Assembly (NCBI GenBank): GCA_045579005.1
Contig: JAZNLJ010000071.1
Coordinates: forward strand, 1 to 58,324
DNA: 58,324 nucleotides
DNA from: Acutalibacteraceae bacterium
Lineage (GTDB): Bacteria > Bacillota > Clostridia > Oscillospirales > Acutalibacteraceae
Reading direction: 5' to 3'
Below the pieces are notes generated by a model. The model had not been told where the DNA came from. It made no database searches and worked only from the letters and a program-made list of their open reading frames with translations. Of this stretch, positions 9,734 to 18,090 are shown piece by piece (positions within the stretch are counted from its first letter, which is position 1; the number at the start of each line of letters is the position of its first letter). The translations under genes and the position numbers were made by a program.

Positions 9734-10816
9734 TTAATTCAAATCAATACCCATTTGTTCACCTATTTCCGATCTTTCTCTTTTGAATTTTGGATTTCTT
9801 AAATCATTGTTTACACTATAAGCGGGAATTTGGTTCCAATATGGTTCGTTTGAATTCTTTTTTATACAATCCAAAAGAATATTTAAAGATACGTTAAGCG
9901 AAAAAGATACACCATTGTTTGTGAAACCTCCGTATAAAAGAGTTCCGTTTTCTATTTCTTTAAATGTTCTCCCGTATTGTAAACATATTGATTTAGTTCC
10001 ATAATTGATACTTCTGCCATACATAATAGGAAAATCTTCATTTTGAGTTAATGGAATGTTGCCTGTTATTTCGTACTCACCATAGAACAAACGGTTATCT
10101 GCAATTATTGTAGAAGGCAGAGATTTGAGCGTTTTTAATTCATCTATGGTAACATCTTTTCGTTCAGTTGCAATATGGAATACGCTACAAACCAAAGGCT
10201 TTGTCATAAGAATATCCCAGAATTCTGTTTTTTCTCTTCTCATTTTATCAAAATTCAGAATAATTCGTCCGTAACCATAAAGACGTCGATCTAGTTTAAA
10301 ACGAAAAACATCGCCTTCTTTAAATTTGATGTGTTTGCGCGACTGTTTTGAGAAATTCTCAATGTCGTTAATATCATCTTCTGTAGTTTCGTTGCACCAC
10401 TTAATTACCCATTCTTCAAACTCATTTATATCTGCTATATCGAAGTTTTCGTAACACAATGAATAGTAAGAACATTCTGTTGTACTGTTATAAAGACTTA
10501 TGAATCTATGATTGAAGCTTAAAACCATACCAAAAGACGATCGTTTTAACAGATTAGATGACGATAAAAGAACAGGCTTGCCCCTTGTTGTTTTAGGTAA
10601 TAAATATTTGCCGTCTTCGGAAATTATTTCGCAAAGCTCACATTCCGAATATTCAATATCACTTACAGTTATACATTTTTTGATTATATTGTTTTCACAA
10701 TAAGCATAAGTTTCAAAATTGTCATAGGGACTTGCTTTGATTTTTATACGTTTCCATTTTTCGTTCACAGGAATAAGAGCGAAACATCTTCGCTGTTCAT
10801 TCGTAAGTTCAAACAT
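9734..10816 (-). CDS. Hypothetical protein; C-terminal half resembles polymorphic-toxin immunity proteins (Imm26-like)
   Basis: 360-aa ORF in visibly A+T-rich DNA. The segment FKEGDVFRFKLDRRLYGYGRIIL recalls the GDVF..L..G.YGYGR(V/I) core of the Imm26 family. This is recognised by eye only. Confidence 0.5.
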   Translation of the reverse strand: MFELTNEQRRCFALIPVNEKWKRIKIKASPYDNFETYAYCENNIIKKCITVSDIEYSECELCEIISEDGKYLLPKTTRGKPVLLSSSNLLKRSSFGMVLSFNHRFISLYNSTTECSYYSLCYENFDIADINEFEEWVIKWCNETTEDDINDIENFSKQSRKHIKFKEGDVFRFKLDRRLYGYGRIILNFDKMRREKTEFWDILMTKPLVCSVFHIATERKDVTIDELKTLKSLPSTIIADNRLFYGEYEITGNIPLTQNEDFPIMYGRSINYGTKSICLQYGRTFKEIENGTLLYGGFTNNGVSFSLNVSLNILLDCIKKNSNEPYWNQIPAYSVNNDLRNPKFKRERSEIGEQMGIDLN

Positions 10817-10969
10817 ATAATCACCACCACAAATACATTATAACATAGCAAAACATAATGGGCAATAAAAGTCTTTGGCGAATACGAAATAATTGAATCT
10901 GGTTCAGTTTTCAAATATTATTCTGGACGTAAAAATAACGAGTCCACACAGATATGTGAACTCGAAATG

Positions 10970-11332
10970 TTATTTGTTATCAATCTTCTTTTCAATAGTA
11001 ATGCAAGACGAGGTTAACATTCTTTGTATTCTACCACAGAGATTTCTGTGTTTTCTAAAAGTTTTTTCGTCTATTGAACCTGATGAAAATAAAAGCTTTA
11101 ACCAGCTTTCTGTTTCAACACATTCTTTACGGGCGATTTTGAATTTAGAAAGCATATCGGGAAGACTTTGGGGGTATTGTGCTTCGGTAATATTGGCGAA
11201 AACACTTGATGAAGATTTACGGATTTGAAGAATTGTGTTTGCATTATCCTTTTTATTGTCTATAGACTTACACAATTTTTCAATCTCAACAGCCAATTGT
11301 TCTGAATATTTCATCAAAGGATTATCTATCAT
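10970..11332 (-). CDS. Four-helix-bundle protein (23S rRNA intervening-sequence protein / Avd-like family)
   Basis: 120 aa. Family-typical motifs are present: QIRKSSSSVFANITEA (Q..RS..SI.ANIAEG) and KFKIARKECVETESWLKLL (IA..E..ET..WL). Confidence 0.8.
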   Translation of the reverse strand: MIDNPLMKYSEQLAVEIEKLCKSIDNKKDNANTILQIRKSSSSVFANITEAQYPQSLPDMLSKFKIARKECVETESWLKLLFSSGSIDEKTFRKHRNLCGRIQRMLTSSCITIEKKIDNK

Positions 11333-11390
11333 AAACTCACCTCTTGAAACAGTATATCAAAGACAAAGACTTAAATCAAGCGAGGCAAAT

Positions 11391-11554
11391 CACGACGAAG
11401 TCGTGTATGTAATTCGTCTTCAGACGGAATGTAATCGCAACGAATGTTGCGTATGTAATCAACCCGAAGGATTGCATACACCAAGGTGATGCCATACGCC
11501 TTCGGCAATTACATACACGCTGAAGCGTGATTACATACCAATCCTTCGGATTGG
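11391..11554. repeat. Array of seven distinct mini-hairpins separated by a conserved 8-nt linker, in two opposed blocks
   Basis: Left block, hairpin then TATGTAAT linker:
- cacgacGAAGtcgtg (11391-11405), TATGTAAT
- t-cgtcTTCAgacg-g, aATGTAAT
- cgcaacGAATgttgcg, TATGTAAT
- caacccGAAggattg

Centre: palindromic gcatacaccaaggtgatgc.

Right block, hairpin then ATTACATA linker:
- gccTTCggc (11498-11506), aATTACATA
- cacgcTGAAgcgtg, ATTACATA
- ccaatccTTCggattgg (11538-11554)

The unit period is 22-24 nt. Confidence 0.8.
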
Positions 11555-11555
11555 A

Positions 11556-11594
11556 TAAAAATAAAGCACCTGCTACTGCAGATGCTTTATTTTT
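11556..11594 (-). terminator. Rho-independent terminator downstream of tRNA-Pro (T-runs on both strands)
   Basis: AAAGCACCTGC-tact-GCAGATGCTTT is flanked by A-runs and T-runs, immediately 3' of the tRNA on the minus strand. Confidence 0.7.
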
Positions 11595-11670
11595 TGGTCC
11601 GAGTAGCGAGACTTGAACTCACGGCCTCTTGACCCCCAGTCAAGCGCGCTACCAACTGCGCCATACCCGG
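11595..11670 (-). tRNA. tRNA-Pro (anticodon GGG)
   Basis: The reverse complement folds as a 76-nt cloverleaf: CCGGGTA-TG-GCGC-AGTTGGTA-GCGC-G-CTTGA-CTGGGGG-TCAAG-AGGCC-GTGAG-TTCAAGT-CTCGC-TACTCGG-A-CCA. It has the C1:G72 pair typical of bacterial tRNA-Pro and an encoded CCA. Confidence 0.93.
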
Positions 11671-11683
11671 ATAACCGAGGGAT

Positions 11684-11712
11684 ATAATATCACAACGTTT
11701 CGGGATTTGCAA
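11684..11712 (-). promoter_or_regulatory. Putative promoter of tRNA-Pro
   Basis: On the minus strand: TTGCAA (11712-11707), a 17-nt spacer, then TATTAT (11689-11684). This lies about 14 nt upstream of the tRNA 5' end. Confidence 0.5.
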
Positions 11713-11786
11713 GTGTTTTTTGAAAATTATGTGAAATTTGTTTCTGATTACTAAAATTTATTCTTGTTGCAAGGGATATTTAGCAA

Positions 11787-12773
11787 TTATGTATTTGCGA
11801 CTTTGATGTCGGTGCCCTTGTAGTAGTGGGTAAGTATTTTATCGTAGGTATAGCCCTTTTCTGCCAGGTAGTTTGCTCCGTGCTGGCTCATACCCACCCC
11901 GTGACCATAGCCTTTTACAGTGAAGGTGATTGCGTCATCTTCAATATTTACGGTAAAAACGGGGCTTCTCAGACCGAATGCGGAGCGGATTTGCTCACCT
12001 GTATATTTGTTGCCGTTTAATATGGCCTCAAGCACAGTTCCGCTTGGTGAAGTTTTGGTGATTTTTAATGCAGCATTAAGTGTTTTTACACCTTGCGGCA
12101 CAGGAGACAGGGTTTGGATGCATTTGTTGAATCCATCGGTGTTGTATGAGATTGTTGATCCATAGCCCTTGGCAGTCTTGTCACCACTACTGTCAACACT
12201 TGTGAGATAGGGCTTTTTTGTTCCCCACAGGTTTTCTGAGTTTTCTGTTTTACCGCAGGATATGGCGTGAAATGCGGCAACACACAGCTTGCTGTCATAG
12301 TATAATGCTTCGTTTTCAACGGATTTTACCGCGTTTTTTAGTTTTTTCTCGTATTTGTCAAAGTCTGCGCCCCACTTTTCCTTTCTTTGCACTTCGTCAA
12401 TGTAGCCTTGGTGCATTTTTATATCGTCGGTTATGTTGTTCTGCTCGTTTTTTGTATCAGCTTTTTGTCTCAGGGCATTGGTATAGCAGGCGACGGCTTG
12501 TGCTTTGATTGCTTCCTCGTTGTAGGCAAGGGGCATTTCCGCCGCTACACTTCCGCAAATGTATTCAAACATATCCATTTCTACACTTTTGTTTTCGGCA
12601 GTTCTGAAAACTGTGATTGTGTCTTCGTGTTGCGGCAGGGTAAGGGTTGTAGGGGGAGGTGTTGAGGAAACAGTAGCATCTTCCGTGTGCGTTGGAGAAG
12701 GGTTAATCATTGCTATAGGTGTGCATATCATCGCAAGTGCCGATAATATAATGAGTAACGCGTATTTTTTCAT
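11787..12773 (-). CDS. spoIID: Stage II sporulation protein D (SpoIID/LytB domain lytic transglycosylase)
   Basis: C-terminal signature GYGHGVGMSQHGANYLAEKGYTYDKILTHYYKGT. There is an N-terminal signal/anchor starting at MKKYALLIILSALAM. I chose the ATG at 12773 rather than the longer track ORF. Confidence 0.88.
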   Translation of the reverse strand: MKKYALLIILSALAMICTPIAMINPSPTHTEDATVSSTPPPTTLTLPQHEDTITVFRTAENKSVEMDMFEYICGSVAAEMPLAYNEEAIKAQAVACYTNALRQKADTKNEQNNITDDIKMHQGYIDEVQRKEKWGADFDKYEKKLKNAVKSVENEALYYDSKLCVAAFHAISCGKTENSENLWGTKKPYLTSVDSSGDKTAKGYGSTISYNTDGFNKCIQTLSPVPQGVKTLNAALKITKTSPSGTVLEAILNGNKYTGEQIRSAFGLRSPVFTVNIEDDAITFTVKGYGHGVGMSQHGANYLAEKGYTYDKILTHYYKGTDIKVANT

Positions 12774-12897
12774 AATTTGCCATCCTTTTGTTTGTTGCTG
12801 AATTTTTGTTGACATTATCGTTATAATGTTATAAAATAATATGAATTATTGTTTAATGGTATGACTAAAAAATTTACGAGCAGCAAGGAGTGACTAT

Positions 12898-14310
12898 ATG
12901 CATTCATACATTGAACCTGTTTCTACTAAGGATTTTTCATCACTTTGCGATGAACTCAAAGAATACAGCAATGTTCCCGCAGATTATTTTGACCGCTTTG
13001 AGGTTAAGCGGGGACTTCGCAATCGCGACGGAAGCGGTGTTATGGCAGGTCTTACAAAGGTTTGCTCTGTTGAGGGCTATTATATTGACGATGGTGAGAG
13101 AAAGCCTGTTGAGGGTAAGCTCAAATACCGCGGTATTGATATAAATGAAATTGTTGAGGGTTGTGTCAGGGAAAATCGCTTCGGTTACGAGGAAACTGCC
13201 TGGTTGCTTCTTTTCGGTCACCTTCCCACTAAAGAACAGTTGAAAAAGTTTAAAGAGATTCTTGGCGAATCACGTGATCTTCCTGAGGACTTCATTGAGG
13301 ATATGATTATGAAGGCACCCTCACCCAATATTATGAATAAGCTTGAAAGATCCGTTCTTTCACTTTACTCTTATGACACAAATCCCGATGATCTTTCAAT
13401 CGAGAACGTGCTCAGGCAGAGCATTCAGCTTATTGCTCAGTTACCCACCATTATGACCTACGCTTATCAGGTCAAGAGAAGATATTACCTCAAGAAGAGC
13501 ATGTATCTCCACCCCATAAATCCTGAGCTTTCAACTGCTGAAACCATTCTTTACAACACACGCTCAAATCGTAAGTTTACCGACGAGGAAGCAAAGCTTC
13601 TTGATATCTGCCTTATGCTCCATGCAGAGCACGGTGGCGGTAATAACTCTGCTTTTGCAACAAGAGTGCTTACTTCAAGCGGTACAGATACATATTCAGC
13701 AATTTCAGCAGGTATCGGTGCACTTAAGGGTCCGCGTCACGGTGGTGCAAATATCAAGGTTACCGAGATGCTCGGTCATCTTAAAAACGACGTTGAGGAT
13801 ATTACAGATGCAGACCAGGTTGCAGACTTCCTTAAGAAGGTTATCAACAAGCAGGCGGGTGACCGCAGTGGTCTTGTTTATGGTATGGGTCATGCTGTTT
13901 ATACACTCTCTGACCCGCGTCAGATAATTCTTAAGCGCGAGGCACTTAAACTTGCCGAGGAAAAGGGATATGCAGACCGGTTCAAAGCACTTGAACTTAT
14001 TGAAACCCTTACACCCGAAATATTCGCTCTTGAACGAAACAATACAAAGAAAATTTGCGCAAACGTTGACCTTTATTCCGGTCTTATTTACGAGATGCTC
14101 GGTATTCCTGAGGATCTTTATACTCCTCTGTTTGCAATTGCGCGTGTGGCAGGCTGGTCTGCACACCGTATTGAGGAGCTTATTTCAGGTAACAGAGTTA
14201 TCAGACCTGCATACAAGAACGTGTCAACACCCAAGGAGTACGTATCAATTGATGAGCGTATCTCAGGCTTCAAAAATTCACCTGTATACGTGCCTATTGA
14301 AGAAAGATAA
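12898..14310 (+). CDS. Citrate synthase
   Basis: 470 aa. Motifs: LMLHAEHGGGNNSAF, GALKGPRHGGAN, GMGHAVYT..DPR, NVDLYSG. The catalytic His/His/Asp context is conserved. Confidence 0.9.
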   Translation: MHSYIEPVSTKDFSSLCDELKEYSNVPADYFDRFEVKRGLRNRDGSGVMAGLTKVCSVEGYYIDDGERKPVEGKLKYRGIDINEIVEGCVRENRFGYEETAWLLLFGHLPTKEQLKKFKEILGESRDLPEDFIEDMIMKAPSPNIMNKLERSVLSLYSYDTNPDDLSIENVLRQSIQLIAQLPTIMTYAYQVKRRYYLKKSMYLHPINPELSTAETILYNTRSNRKFTDEEAKLLDICLMLHAEHGGGNNSAFATRVLTSSGTDTYSAISAGIGALKGPRHGGANIKVTEMLGHLKNDVEDITDADQVADFLKKVINKQAGDRSGLVYGMGHAVYTLSDPRQIILKREALKLAEEKGYADRFKALELIETLTPEIFALERNNTKKICANVDLYSGLIYEMLGIPEDLYTPLFAIARVAGWSAHRIEELISGNRVIRPAYKNVSTPKEYVSIDERISGFKNSPVYVPIEER

Positions 14311-14333
14311 TATTCCTCGAAAGGATTTTTATT

Positions 14334-15836
14334 ATGAATAAACTTAAAGGTTCATCATCTGCTATCAAGATGAAATATCTGCTTTTTGTTTTTGCTACCG
14401 TTTTTCTTGTGGCATTGCCCACAAGAGTTTATCAGTTGCTTGCATTGGTTAACACTCAGAACGGTTTTTTCGAAAACGGAGATATTACTGTACCGGTTCT
14501 CTATGCCGTGCTTTTCGTTTTCGTGCTGCTGTTTATGATGCTCAGTTTCCTCAGTAAAGAGGTACCGTCACCTAAGCTGCCTACAGGTAAAAACCCTGTT
14601 CTCGGTATCACTTCAATTGTGATGATTGGCGGACTTGTCTGGGATGTTATTGCTATTGAAAACCTTGTTGTGCCTAAGACTGGTATGGATTTCAATATGG
14701 GCATTTTTACAAGCCTTCTTAAAGCAAATATCCAGGATAATGGTGGTATTCTGCTGATTTTACAGTTCGTTTTTGCAGTTTTTGCAATTTTCTATTTCCT
14801 TGTGTTTGCCATAAGTCACCTTAATGGTAAGGGCTCCTACAAGGAATTCAAGCTTCTTGCACTTTCACCCCTTTGCTGGTGCATCACAATGCTTGTTTCA
14901 AGGCTTATGAAGGCAGTAAGCTTCATTACTGTTTCCGAGCTTCTGTTCGAGATTTTTATGCTTGTGTTTGCAATGCTGTTCTTCCTTACTTTTGCGCGAA
15001 TTTCTTCGGGTGTATTTACTGAGGATAGTATGTGGGGTATATATGGCTACGGTCTTTCTGCTTGCCTTTTTGCAGGTCTTGTAACCATACCCAGACTTGT
15101 TGCAATGTTCTCAGGACTTGAGCCCGTTGAAGGGCATGAATTCAGCTTTGCTCACCTTTCAATTCTTGTATTCGTTTTCTCATATATCATTGCTTCACTT
15201 GGTGTTGGCTTCAAGGAAGGTCTTATCAACAGAAAAACACTTACCGAAATTGATCTCCCTGACGAAGATATGGTTATCTCTAAGGGCGAGGGTAGTGTGT
15301 TTATTGCCGAGGTTGATGAGGTTTCCGAGGCAGAAGAGGAATCAACTGATTTCTTCAAAGATGAGCCTGTTTATGCAGACGAAAAGTTCCGCGAGGCAGT
15401 TTTCGATAATAGAGCTGAAAAGACTAAAAATTTCTTTGAAGGGCTTGATGATGAGGCTATTGAGGAGCCTTCAGATGAAATATCTGTTGAGGAGCCTGTA
15501 GTCGAGGAAACTACGGAAGAGCCCGCTGTTGAAGTGGTTGTTGAGGAGCCCGTGATTGAAGAAATCGCAGAGGAGCCTGTCGTTGAGGTGATTGAGGAAG
15601 ATTCTGTAATTGAAGAGATTGCAGGGGAACCTGTTATTGAAACAATTATTGAAGAACCCGTATCTGAGGATTTCACAGCTACTCCTGTTGTTGAGGAAAT
15701 TGTTGAAGAAGCTGTAATCGAGGAAGTAGTCGAGGAAAAGCCCAAAAGAACTTTTGGCAGACGTAAAAAAGAATTAGAACCCGAAACAATAAAGCCCATG
15801 TCCCTTGCGGATATGAGAAAAAATAAAGAGGAATAA
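14334..15836 (+). CDS. Polytopic membrane protein with a highly acidic, repetitive C-terminal tail
   Basis: 500-aa ORF with about seven hydrophobic segments, followed by a roughly 150-aa E/V/P/I-rich tail. I recognise no family. Confidence 0.6.
   Translation: MNKLKGSSSAIKMKYLLFVFATVFLVALPTRVYQLLALVNTQNGFFENGDITVPVLYAVLFVFVLLFMMLSFLSKEVPSPKLPTGKNPVLGITSIVMIGGLVWDVIAIENLVVPKTGMDFNMGIFTSLLKANIQDNGGILLILQFVFAVFAIFYFLVFAISHLNGKGSYKEFKLLALSPLCWCITMLVSRLMKAVSFITVSELLFEIFMLVFAMLFFLTFARISSGVFTEDSMWGIYGYGLSACLFAGLVTIPRLVAMFSGLEPVEGHEFSFAHLSILVFVFSYIIASLGVGFKEGLINRKTLTEIDLPDEDMVISKGEGSVFIAEVDEVSEAEEESTDFFKDEPVYADEKFREAVFDNRAEKTKNFFEGLDDEAIEEPSDEISVEEPVVEETTEEPAVEVVVEEPVIEEIAEEPVVEVIEEDSVIEEIAGEPVIETIIEEPVSEDFTATPVVEEIVEEAVIEEVVEEKPKRTFGRRKKELEPETIKPMSLADMRKNKEE
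15460..15740 (+). repeat. In-frame degenerate tandem repeat encoding (E-E-P-V-[VI]-E-[EV]-[IV]) units
   Basis: The encoded sequence is EEPVVEETTEEPAVEVVVEEPVIEEIAEEPVVEVIEEDSVIEEIAGEPVIETIIEEPVSE...EEIVEEAVIEEVVEE. The nucleotide unit gaggagcc(t/c)gt recurs. Confidence 0.7.
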
Positions 15837-15875
15837 TTACCTACTTTACAAACTCTGAGGGCAGGAGAAAATATA

Positions 15876-16808
15876 ATGTTTCTTTCCAATATTACAATGG
15901 CCGGCCAGCAGGTTCTGATACTGTATCTGATTGTTGCGGTCGGCTTCATAGCCGACCGTTTGCATGTTTTTGGAGAATCAACTGCCAAACGGTCAAATGA
16001 CTTACTGTTTTATATCGTTACTCCCGCGGTAATGATACAATCCTTTATGAATATGGAGTTCAAGCCGGAAACTGCAGGGGCGTTTTTTATAGCGTTTCTT
16101 TGTATGAGCGGAACTCTCACCGTGGCAAACCTTATTGCTGTGCCGTTTTTTAATAAGAGCGGTGATAACAAGGCTGTGTTCAAGTATGCATCAGGCTACG
16201 GTAATATGGGTTATATGGCATTACCTCTCTGTCAGGCTATGCTTGGTTCGGAGGGCGTGTTCTATTGCTCGGCGGGTGTAGTTGCATTTAATATTTTGTC
16301 CTTTACTCACGGTATATGGGTTATGACAAAGGGTAAGGACGAAACAAAGTTCGATTTCAAAAAATTATTCTTTAACCCCGGCGTAATATCCGTGCTTATT
16401 GGTATGCCCATATTCATTTTCGGTCTGGATTTACCCCAGGTTGTGGATTCTGCCGTTAATTACGTGGCAAGCCTTAACACGCCGCTTGCAATGATTTTCT
16501 TTGGTACTTACATCGCAAATACCGATTTGAAAACAATGTTCAGTGTTAAGGAGAACTACCTTGCAGCACTCCTTAAGCTTGTGGCTTTGCCCCTTATAAT
16601 GCTTGTCGTGTTGCGCCTTTGTGGTGTTACGGGTGTGCTTCTTACAGCCTGTATAATTTCTGCATCTGTTCCAAGTGCAAATAATACGGTTATGTTCTCG
16701 GCAAAGTACGGTAACGATACGGGTGTTGCATCAAAGGTGGTTACATTTACCTCTGTGTTGTCGGTGCTTACCATACCCGTTATGGTTGCCTTGAGCAAAT
16801 TGGTATGA
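15876..16808 (+). CDS. AEC (auxin efflux carrier) family transporter
   Basis: 310-aa 10-TM-type ORF. It has the family-typical N-terminus (ILILYLIVAVGFIADR) and C-terminal half (LKLVALPLIM..ASVPSANNTVMFS). Confidence 0.8.
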   Translation: MFLSNITMAGQQVLILYLIVAVGFIADRLHVFGESTAKRSNDLLFYIVTPAVMIQSFMNMEFKPETAGAFFIAFLCMSGTLTVANLIAVPFFNKSGDNKAVFKYASGYGNMGYMALPLCQAMLGSEGVFYCSAGVVAFNILSFTHGIWVMTKGKDETKFDFKKLFFNPGVISVLIGMPIFIFGLDLPQVVDSAVNYVASLNTPLAMIFFGTYIANTDLKTMFSVKENYLAALLKLVALPLIMLVVLRLCGVTGVLLTACIISASVPSANNTVMFSAKYGNDTGVASKVVTFTSVLSVLTIPVMVALSKLV

Positions 16809-16869
16809 TATAATGTTATAAATGTGAATAAAGTAATTTATAACAAATAAATTATATGGAGTGATGTTA

Positions 16870-17196
16870 ATGAAACTCGTTATAGGTATTGTCAATAGTG
16901 ACGATGCAGGTGATTTGCTTGCAGAAATCACACAGGCATCATTTCAGGCAACCAAGCTTGCTACGTCAGGTGGCTTTTTGAAAATGGGCAACTCCACCAT
17001 ACTTGTGGGTGTGGAGGATGAAAAGGTTGATGAGGTAGTCGGGATATTCAAGAATTGTTGCTCAAGAAGAACACAGATGGTATCAACAACCCCTCCGTTT
17101 ATGGGTGAGGGCTTCCTGAGTGCTACACCTGTTGAGGTTACAATCGGTGGTGCTACTCTGTTTGTTGTTGATGTTGAACAGTTTATGAAGATATGA
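16870..17196 (+). CDS. darA: Cyclic-di-AMP receptor, PII-like (DarA/YaaQ)
   Basis: MKLVIGIVNSDDAGDLL...FQATKLATSGGFLKMGNSTILVGVED...PVEVTIGGATLFVVDVEQF aligns along its whole length with B. subtilis YaaQ as I recall it. Synteny with holB and yaaT also supports the call. Confidence 0.88.
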   Translation: MKLVIGIVNSDDAGDLLAEITQASFQATKLATSGGFLKMGNSTILVGVEDEKVDEVVGIFKNCCSRRTQMVSTTPPFMGEGFLSATPVEVTIGGATLFVVDVEQFMKI

Positions 17197-18047
17197 TTGA
17201 ACGAGTTAATTTTTCTGAAAAAGTTTTAGAGAGTCTTGATAATCTTTTCGGTGATGGCAGGTGTCCTCACGCTTTGCTTATAGATGGTGGCAGTGAGTTC
17301 CGGCGTACTGCTCTTGCTCGGTTGGGCGCAAAGATGATTGTCTGTGCCAATCAGGAGCGAACTCCTTGCGGTGCCTGTGAAAATTGTCGTAAGGCGGATG
17401 AGGAAGTCCACCCCGATATTATAACCGTGACAAAGCCTGACGACAGGAAGTCCTTTGCCAAGGCGGATATCAAGAAAATGGTTGCAGATGCTTACCTTAC
17501 ACCTAACGATTCTGACAAAAAGGTATACATTATTTCTGAGGTTCAGCAAATGACCGAGGAGAGTCAGAATCTTTTACTTAAAATACTTGAAGAACCACCC
17601 TCATATACTGCATTTATTCTTACTTCACACACAGCGAATGCGGTTATCGGTACGGTTCTGTCACGAGTGACACGAATACGTCTGGGTAAGAGCGAGGATA
17701 CTGAATTCAGCGAAAAGGCAACAGCGGTTGTCCGCGCTTTATCAGTTGCGGTGAACTCGCCTTATGAATATGAAAAAATTAAGGCAACAGCCCCTATGGA
17801 CGGCAATAAGAAACTTGCTGTTGAGGTGCTTGAGCTTTTTATTGCCGTGATGAGAGATGCGATTTCTCTCAAGTCAGGCGGCAGGATATTATTGAATGAC
17901 TTTTCAGTACAGAGTGAAGCCCTGTCACAAAGCAACAACCTGAAAAAATTGTTGGATATGTATGATGTTGTCTGCGGAATTTATCGTTCTGTGGAGAACA
18001 ATCCTAACTATACGTTGCTTTCGGCTGTCCTTTGTGCGAGATTATAA
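17193..18047 (+). CDS. holB: DNA polymerase III subunit delta prime
   Basis: It has an ATGA overlap with darA. Motifs: HALLIDGG, zinc module CGACENCRK, HPDIITV, and NLLLKILEEPP (the sensor-1/box VII region). Confidence 0.8.
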   Translation: MIERVNFSEKVLESLDNLFGDGRCPHALLIDGGSEFRRTALARLGAKMIVCANQERTPCGACENCRKADEEVHPDIITVTKPDDRKSFAKADIKKMVADAYLTPNDSDKKVYIISEVQQMTEESQNLLLKILEEPPSYTAFILTSHTANAVIGTVLSRVTRIRLGKSEDTEFSEKATAVVRALSVAVNSPYEYEKIKATAPMDGNKKLAVEVLELFIAVMRDAISLKSGGRILLNDFSVQSEALSQSNNLKKLLDMYDVVCGIYRSVENNPNYTLLSAVLCARL

Positions 18048-18090
18048 AATAGAGTGGATACATTTTACCCACTCTGAACGGAGAATTTTT

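Noticed and set aside
10970-11332. Possibility that the Avd-like four-helix-bundle gene marks a diversity-generating retroelement
   Set aside because: No reverse transcriptase gene is nearby. I could not find a template/variable repeat pair by eye anywhere in the neighbourhood. Free-standing members of this family are common.
11391-11554. Possibility that the hairpin array is a miniature CRISPR array or a tRNA-like gene
   Set aside because: - The conserved word is only 8 nt and the variable parts are themselves palindromes of about 15 nt.
- No cas genes are present.
- No cloverleaf can be drawn.
9586-11594. Intact integrative element at tRNA-Pro
   Set aside because: There is no integrase or recombinase gene. 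I found no convincing direct repeat of the tRNA 3' end at the distal boundary, only a 7-nt AGACTTG match near 9720. At most it is a remnant.
15371-15988. 205-aa minus-strand ORF (Ser/Thr/Ile-rich)
   Set aside because: It is the antisense mirror of the acidic GAG/GAA repeat of the 14334-15836 gene. It is low complexity, has no RBS, and overlaps two well-supported plus-strand genes.
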